DNA of 64,000 nt from Octopus vulgaris. Lineage: Eukaryota. Where the stretch lies: positions 26,474,001-26,538,000 of the forward strand of contig OX597831.1 in assembly GCA_951406725.2 (NCBI GenBank), read 5' to 3'. A program made the position numbers and the translations under genes. Shown piece by piece: positions 56,893-64,000 of this stretch. Under the pieces are notes generated by a model. It was not told the DNA's origin. It did no database searches and saw nothing but the letters and a program-made list of their open reading frames with translations. Every line of letters begins with the position of its first letter. Position 1 is the stretch's first letter.

Positions 56893-57940
56893 CTTGGCCG
56901 CTTGTCATTGCCTCTATGAGGCCCATCATAGGTTGTGCTTCTCCACCTCATCCCAGGTCTTCCTGGATCTACCTTTTCCACAGATTCCCTCCACTGTTAG
57001 GGTGTGACACTATTTCACACAGCTGTCCTCATCCATATGCAACACATGACCATACCAGCACAGACATCTCTCTTGCACACCACACCTGATGCTTCTTATG
57101 TCCAACTTTACTCTCACAACGCTTACACACTATCATGTATGCACACTGACATTACACATCCAGCAGACCAAACTAGCTTCCTTCCTTACAAGCTTATGCA
57201 GGTCCTCAGCAGTCACAGCCTATGTTTCACTGGTGTGTAGCATGGTAGTTCATATACATGTATAATACAGTCTACCTTTCACTCTGAATGAGAAGCCCTT
57301 TGTGACCAGCAGAGGTAGGAGCTCTCTGAACTTTGCCCAGGCTATTCTTGATCTAGTAGCTACGCTCTCAGAGCCCCCACCCCTGCTACTGACTTGGTCA
57401 CCTAGGTAATAGAAGCTATCAACTACTTCTAATTTTTTCCTGATATGACACAAAAGCTGTTTTCTGCACATTTTCACTGTTTATTGACCCTGAGAATCTG
57501 CCACACACAAAATCTATCTTCCCAATTAGCCTTCCTTTGATATTGCTGCACCTCTTGTGCGTCCATAGTTTACACTGGGTACATCTTATGGAGTTTCTAC
57601 CTACACCTTTTCTACAGATCAATCCGGACCATCTACCTGAAGGGATTTGTGATTTGTCTGTCTTCCTACTTACTAAGACTTTGGTTTTTGCTAGATTGAC
57701 TGGCCTTCGATTCTAGACCTTGCTTCCACACCTGAAACTTCTCCTCTAGTTCTGATAGTGACTCAGTTATTTAAGCAAGGTCATCAGTATAGATGAGCTC
57801 CCAGGTGCATCTTGTCTTGAATTCCTCAGTTATTGCCTGGAGGACTATGATAAATAGGAGGGGACTGAGGACTGAACCTTGATGGACCCCTACCTCTACC
57901 AGGAATTCTTCACTGTACTCGTTGCCAACCCTCACCTTCT
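56148..57940 (-). mobile_element. 5'-truncated RTE-type LINE: RT domain to (GAT)n tail
   Basis: GVHQGSVLSPLLF, ELIYTDDLA (YxDD), Cys/His insert, VDSFYYLGD, AWAKFRELLPLL; frameshifted; contiguous with the family-C tail apart from a microsatellite at 56700-56888. Confidence 0.92.
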
Positions 57941-58422
57941 GTGTGGTCACTGAACCTGCTATTAATATCAACCTACCACAGGAAAAGACACATTCGATAG
58001 TGTTAATCCTAAATACACTATCTAGGATTGCATTAAAATATAGGTTTCTCACAGCTGGAACATCTTTGCTGTCAAGGTCTGTTAACTCAGGGTCACCCTC
58101 ATTCTATACTACCACTACAACAATAATATCAACAAAGACATAAAGAACCAGATGAATAAGAAAAAGAGGAAGAAGTTTGGGAAGAAAAAGAGGAAGAAAA
58201 AGAGGAAGAAAAGCCAAAGTCAAAGAAAGGAAGAAGAAAGGCAATGGAGCAATTTCTCTCCATAATTTACAAAATTAGTTTGGTGCCAGTAAGTTGGTAA
58301 GTTAATATGATTCCATGTAAAATGGTAAGTTAATATTCTTCATAACAGCACAACAGCCAGCTGTAATTAACTAAAGTTTCTTCTAAACTAAAAACACTCC
58401 AACACATTGTCTTACTCATTAT

Positions 58423-58466
<44 letters not shown>

Positions 58467-58702
58467 GTCATTCTTCGACTGACTTTCTCTCCCAACACTC
58501 TTTCTTTTTTTCCTTCTTTTTTATTTCAATCATTCTCTTTTCTTAATCCTTCTTTGCCTGTTTCCTCTCCCTCTCTCTCTGTATATATATGAGCGTGTAT
58601 GTGTGTGTGTGTATAATCAAAATAAGCAATATATATGTATATGTATATAATTCATTCTCTGCTTTCCTTTTCTCCCTTTTTTCCCTCTTTTCCCTCTAAC
58701 TT

Positions 58703-58779
<77 letters not shown>

Positions 58780-59209
58780 TTGCTACCTCCAGTGTAATTC
58801 AATTATTCATGAACCTTCTCAAGTTTGTCAGCACCTGACTGATGTGGATTCGTTACCATTATAGCTATTATTATTATTATTATTATTATAAAAGGAAACC
58901 ATTATATTGTTGTTGTTTTGGGATAGTCAGACATGTTTTGTCTGGCTTTCCCATATCACTAAGTGTTACCAGTTGAAATTGTAAAATTCAGAAGTACAGA
59001 TTGAAAGTGTTTACATTAATTCTTTCCTCTTTGGGGCTAGACAAGACCTTAAAGGATATTTTTCTTGTCTAACACAAAATAGCAAATGATTTTTTGAGAG
59101 AAATATAAATTTTAAAAACTTTAAATAATTTGAATAAGGATTACAACAACAACAAAACCACCACCAACAACAATGGCCCTTCTTTACAGGGTCAGGAAAT
59201 ACTTCAAAC

Positions 59210-59400
59210 CCTTCTTCACTAACCTTCCCAATAATTACTGATGCTCTACAAAGTTCGGGTGAGGTCCACAATGGAGTACTGGTTCTGCATTTGGGTCAGT
59301 GCAGCTATCCTAGTTGCATCCTGAGAAAGATCACTGGCATCCTGGACTGCATTCAGAGAAAGGCTACAAGCATCTTAGACTGCATTCAGAGACAGATCAC
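59210..59400 (+). mobile_element. Degenerate CR1/Jockey-like LINE fragment
   Basis: VRSTMEYWFCIW...ILDCIQRKAT, resembling the RPxxEY...W...LxxIQxxA region of LINE RTs. Confidence 0.5.
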
Positions 59401-59948
59401 TCAACATTGCTGAATGAACTGGATTTCAGGGGTTCAGCAGTTAGTATGAAGGAAAAACATTTATTTCTGTGGTTAATTTATTTAGATAAATAAGTAACCA
59501 AAGAGAATTTACTGGTTTTTATGAAAAGTAAAAACGTTATTTATTTTATTTATGTCAGTTAAATTGAATTTTATATGTTAAACTAAAAATTAAACTTATA
59601 ATATAAAATTTAGAATTTACAAATTTAGAATTAAAATTATACTAGACTAAACTTATACAAAAGCCATGTTAAAAATTAACTACAATTTTATTGTTACAAG
59701 AATTCTATAACATTAAATCAATACTTAAATAATAATTTTAGGACTGATAAGTATAACTATGTATTATAATGTTGCAAATTGAAGTTTTAACCATTAAACT
59801 AAAATTTGGCAAAAAAAATTGCAAAAAATACTGTTAATTATAAATCTGACATAAATTCTTACTACAAGGAACATGTATCTTAACTATAAAAAAAACCCCA
59901 GATAATCGTGATGTAATATAGCATTTACTGGGGAATTTTTCTAAATTA

Positions 59949-60341
59949 TCTCTCTATATATAAAGCTGAAATTGTCTGTGTATGGCAGGTTTGGTAGCCT
60001 TCAACTAACACTATCTCCTCCAAGACCCTGTGGCGCAAGTTGACCAAAATTGAGAGTATGATAGAAGAAGGCTTGCTCTTCATTCCGTAGAAGAAAAAAT
60101 TCAAATCAGACCATGTTAACATCAAAAATTACTTACATCAAAAAGGTGCTTTTTTCCTATGAAAATCCCAATTTTTTTACGATTTCTTGACTGCTGTGTC
60201 GCTATTTTTTGGTGTATTTCAACCAGAAAAATGTTTACTTAAAGAGAATAACAAGCTGCATAATGCAAAATTTTTACTTTTCAAAAATTCCAATTCTAAA
60301 GGGTCGAAACAAACCCGAGCAACGCCGGGCAATACTGCTAG
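59949..60341 (+). mobile_element. Non-autonomous Helitron
   Basis: A|TCtctctatatataaag start, hairpin cccgagc-aac-gccggg, CTAG|T end. Confidence 0.85.
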
Positions 60342-61241
60342 TATTTATGTAAAACTAAAATATTTGGTTCTTCCTTATTTTACCCCTGTTTTTCTCAGTT
60401 GTTTATTTAGCGACATGCAACAATTAGGGTTTTTGTTAATGTTGTTGTTGTTGTTGTTGCTGTGGTTGTTGTTGTTATTGTTGCTGTTACTGCTGTTCTT
60501 GTTGTAGTTGCTATTTCTGTGTTTGTTGTTAATAGCTGTTCATCACCCCTCCCCACCCCCGTGTTAGCTCTAATCCAATAAATGTCTAATCTAAAAGAAC
60601 TCTAGCCATGACAATCTGACTTAATTTGAGGGACAGAGTACCTAGGACAGTGCAATCTAATGACTACTATTTCTAGCAGATCAAGCAACCACACAGGAGC
60701 TCATGTAATATTAAGAGACAGATGCACACTAGGTAGTAAATCAATATGACATAGGTTGTTGTTGTTGTTGTTGTTGTTACTACTGCTGCTGCTGTTGTTG
60801 TTGACAAACACTAGAAAATGTTGTTGACAAACTACAGCAGAAATTGTATTCACCTCAATAGATGTCATTGATTAGTTGAAATTGCCAAAATGCAAGAAAT
60901 TAAACAACCAATAGCTTACAAACTACAGAATTTTCTCAAGAAAGCCAAGAGAAAAAGATGTTTTATGTAACACATTCTACCAGTATACAAAGTTTAAAAG
61001 TGTTTAGTTACAAAGAAATTATTTTTAAAATCTGCCGGTCAAAGTGAAAAGATCCCCTAGGATCTCATAATTCAAGGTCCTTATTATGAAAACAGTAAGA
61101 TGTGATCTGAGGCAAAAATGGCTACTATCTCTAGCATATTGACCTACCACAAATAGGCTCCCACATTGTGCCAGTTATTGTAACATGGTGAATTATTATT
61201 TACATTTGATGGATATTTGTCCTCATCTTGTTTGTTGTTAG

Positions 61242-61284
61242 CACAACGTTTTGGCTGATATATCCTCCAGCCTTAATCAGGTGT
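61242..61284 (-). ncRNA. Minimal hammerhead motif (mutated)
   Basis: acac CTGATTA a ggctg...cagcc AAAA cg TT gtg. Confidence 0.6.
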
Positions 61285-61356
61285 TTTGGGGAAATTTCAA
61301 ACCTGGGTTCTCATTCCTAAGGTATTTTTTGATGTTATTATTATTATTATTATTAC

Positions 61357-61390
<34 letters not shown>

Positions 61391-61435
61391 AATAATAATA
61401 ATAATATTATCATTATTATTATTATTATTATTCAG

Positions 61436-61507
61436 GTCACTGCCTGGAATCAAACTCGGAATCTTGGGGTTAGTAGCCCGCACTCTTAACCACTACGCCA
61501 TATGCCC
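61436..61507 (-). other. tRNA-derived head (not a functional tRNA gene)
   Basis: gggcata tggcgtagtggttaag agtgcggg ctactaa ccccaag att ccgag tttgatt ccagg; the acceptor stem does not pair. Confidence 0.75.
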
Positions 61508-61535
61508 ATAGGCTACTAACCTGAATAATAATAAC

Positions 61536-61596
<61 letters not shown>

Positions 61597-61645
61597 TTAA
61601 AAATACCTTAGGAATGAGAACCCCAGGTTCGAAATTTCCCTCAAG

Positions 61646-61688
61646 ACACCTGATGAAGGCTGGAGGGTATATCAGCCAAAATGTGTTA
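61646..61688 (+). ncRNA. Minimal hammerhead motif (mutated)
   Basis: acac CTGATGA a ggctg-gagggtatat-cagcc AAAA tgtgtt. Confidence 0.6.
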
Positions 61689-61874
61689 GCAACAAACAAA
61701 ATGAGGACAAATATCCATCAAATGTAAATAATGTAAATGATGTAAATAATGTACATTATTCCTCATCTCTTAAATATAGAACTGTATTATGGTGAATGAT
61801 GGTTTGTTAATCAGATTGATAGGAGCATGGTGCAAAGAGATTGATCCAGGATATTATGAGTAGAAGTAGTAGTA

Positions 61875-61921
<47 letters not shown>

Positions 61922-62054
61922 TGTTGTTGTTGTTGTTGTTGTTGTTACAGCTGCACCATCCTTGATATGTCAGCAGTACTTTGGTGTCTGTGTGTCACAC
62001 AATTGTATTTCAAATTGATGAAATCTTCACATCCTGATTAACAAATTGAACGCC

Positions 62055-62575
62055 TTTCCTCTTCCTCCTCCTCCTCCTCCTCTTCTTCTTTTTCTTCTTC
62101 ATCCTCCTCCACTTCATCTTCCCTTACCTCCCCTTCTTCTTCTTCTTCCTCCTCCTCCTCTTCCACTTCATCTTCCCTTTCCCCTTCCTTCTCTTCCTTC
62201 TCTCCTTTTCTTTTCTTCCTACTCCCCTTCTCCCTCTCTTCCTCTCCACTTCCTCCTCCCTCCTCCACTACCTCCTTCCCCTTCCTCCAATTCTTCCCCC
62301 ATCCCATCCCCTTCCACTTGTTCTCCACTTCTTCCTCCACTTCCCCTCCAGCTCCACTTCCTATCTTCTTCCCCTCATCCTCCTCCTTCCTCCACCTCTT
62401 CTCATCAAATTCTCCATTCCCTTCCTCCTCCTCTCTCTCCTCTTCCTCCTCCTCTCTCTCCTCTTCCTCCTCTCTCTCTCCTCCTCCGCTCTCTCTCCTC
62501 CTCCTCTCTCTCTCCTCCTCCTCCTCTCTCTCCTCCTCCTCCTCTCTCTCCTCCTCCTCCTCTCTCTCCTCTTTG
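62055..62575. repeat. Polypyrimidine (CCT/CT)n tract
   Basis: Directly visible, about 520 bp. Confidence 0.95.
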
Positions 62576-62869
62576 AATTTTAAATAAAGATGCTTGTGGG
62601 GTATAGTGGGGTGGCACCACCAATTCTATAATTAATCAGTTTATTATTACTATTATTAAATTATGAATGCTGCCGGAGCCATTTTTGTCATTCTTCCATG
62701 CTGTTGCACTTTTCAACCAAAACAAGCAAAAACCAAGGCATTATAGACTTCATCAAATATTTAAAACATAGAAAAAGACATTTTAAAAACTAAACAGGCA
62801 AGGCAAAAACAGGAACCAAACCCTTTCTCCGTCAAGCATAACCTAATTCAAATTACTTGTGATTGCTTA

Positions 62870-63267
62870 GCCTTAAGTTAGTCCTGATTGAGCTGACACG
62901 GGTTCAAAGGTGTTCCAGGTATGACAGTATGCATGTTATAAAACATAGCATAGTATATATATATGTAACTACAATATCAATTCTATCCTTTCTAGTCATT
63001 CTTGATTAACCCTAGGTCAGTCCTGGCTAAATAGACCTAAGAACAAAGGCATTCCAGGTATACTCTTTTACTTGTTTCAGTCATTTGACTGTGGCCATGC
63101 TGGAGCACTGCCTTTAGTCGAGCAAATCAATGCTAGGACTTATTCTTTGTAAGCCTAGTACTTATTCTATCAGTCTATTTTGCTGAACCACTAAGTTTCG
63201 GGCATATAAACACACCAGCATCGGTTGTCAAGCGATGTTGGGGGGACAAACACAGACACACAAACAC

Positions 63268-63358
<91 letters not shown>

Positions 63359-63785
63359 CATATATACGAAGAGCTTCTTTCAGTTTCCGTCTATCAAATC
63401 CACTCACAAGGCCCAAGGCTATAGTAGAAGACACTTACCCAATGTGCCACACCATGGGACTGAACCCGGAACCATGTGGTTGGTAAGCAAGCTAGTTACC
63501 ACACAGCCAAGTATGTATGTTATGAAACATAGCATAGTATATATATGTAACTACAATATCAATTCTATTCTTTCTAGTCATTCTTGATTAACCCTAGGTC
63601 AGTCTTGGCTGAATAGACCTAAGATCAAAGGCATTCCAGGTATGCCAGTATGTGTGTTACAAAACACTGCATAGTACATATGGGACTACATTATCAATTG
63701 TGTCCTTTCCAGTTGCTTTTGTTTAATCCTGGGCCAGTTCTGATTGAACAGATCTATGATTAAAGGTATTCCAACTATAGCCATT
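62870..63785. repeat. About 135-bp tandem units with a family-A SINE (63062-63509, minus) between the two most similar units
   Basis: caaagg.attccaggtat-like motif recurs near 62905, 63044, 63626 and 63762. Confidence 0.85.
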
Positions 63786-64000
63786 TTGTTTTTCTTTTTA
63801 TATTAAGGACGATATTTTTCAAGTATTTTTTCCCAGTATCCTTCTTAATCCATTGCCCGGTTAAACAACACCACTGTAACCCCTTGGGTTCTTTTAATGG
63901 GTGCTTCTTGGTTACAAAGATTTGTAATTTGAAAGACACTTCCTCCTACCACTGTAGGAGTCCCTGACAAAGGGTCATGGCCAATGACTGTTCATCCATT

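Larger units (their letters stand above)
61193..61760. mobile_element. Inverted pair of a tRNA-headed, hammerhead-bearing retroposon
   Basis: Arms about 61193-61437 / 61520-61735, each with (AAT)n and a hammerhead motif; tRNA-like head in the centre. Confidence 0.8.

Noticed and set aside
61436-61507. Functional tRNA gene (also heads at 17270-17420 and 42520-42595)
   Set aside because: Acceptor stems do not pair and each continues into repeat body sequence, so these are retroposon heads.

Overview
AT-rich, repeat-saturated eukaryotic DNA. It is very likely a coleoid cephalopod (Octopus-like) intron or intergenic region; this is inferred from the SINE families and the extreme microsatellite load, not from a search. 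I cannot support any intact protein-coding gene, and nearly all listed ORFs are microsatellite or SINE artefacts. The window contains about 20 copies of one tRNA-derived SINE (family A), about 15 units of a second (family B, including a 218-bp-period tandem array), and RTE LINE remnants with many (GAT)n-tailed 3' ends. It also has R4/Dong-like tails inside (AAT)n tracts, a TSD-bounded hAT element, mariner remnants, piggyBac-like and Merlin-like MITEs, and two non-autonomous Helitrons. The most notable signal is a set of at least six unrelated short elements carrying minimal type-I hammerhead ribozyme motifs with palindromic stem III, four of them built as inverted pairs as in Penelope-like insertions. 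One has a tRNA-like Pol III head (61.2-61.8 kb) and one has an intact catalytic core (48631-48723, minus strand). A CpG-rich, promoter-like island at about 20.4-22.8 kb remains unexplained. Most coordinates were read by eye and are approximate unless a TSD or TIR is quoted.
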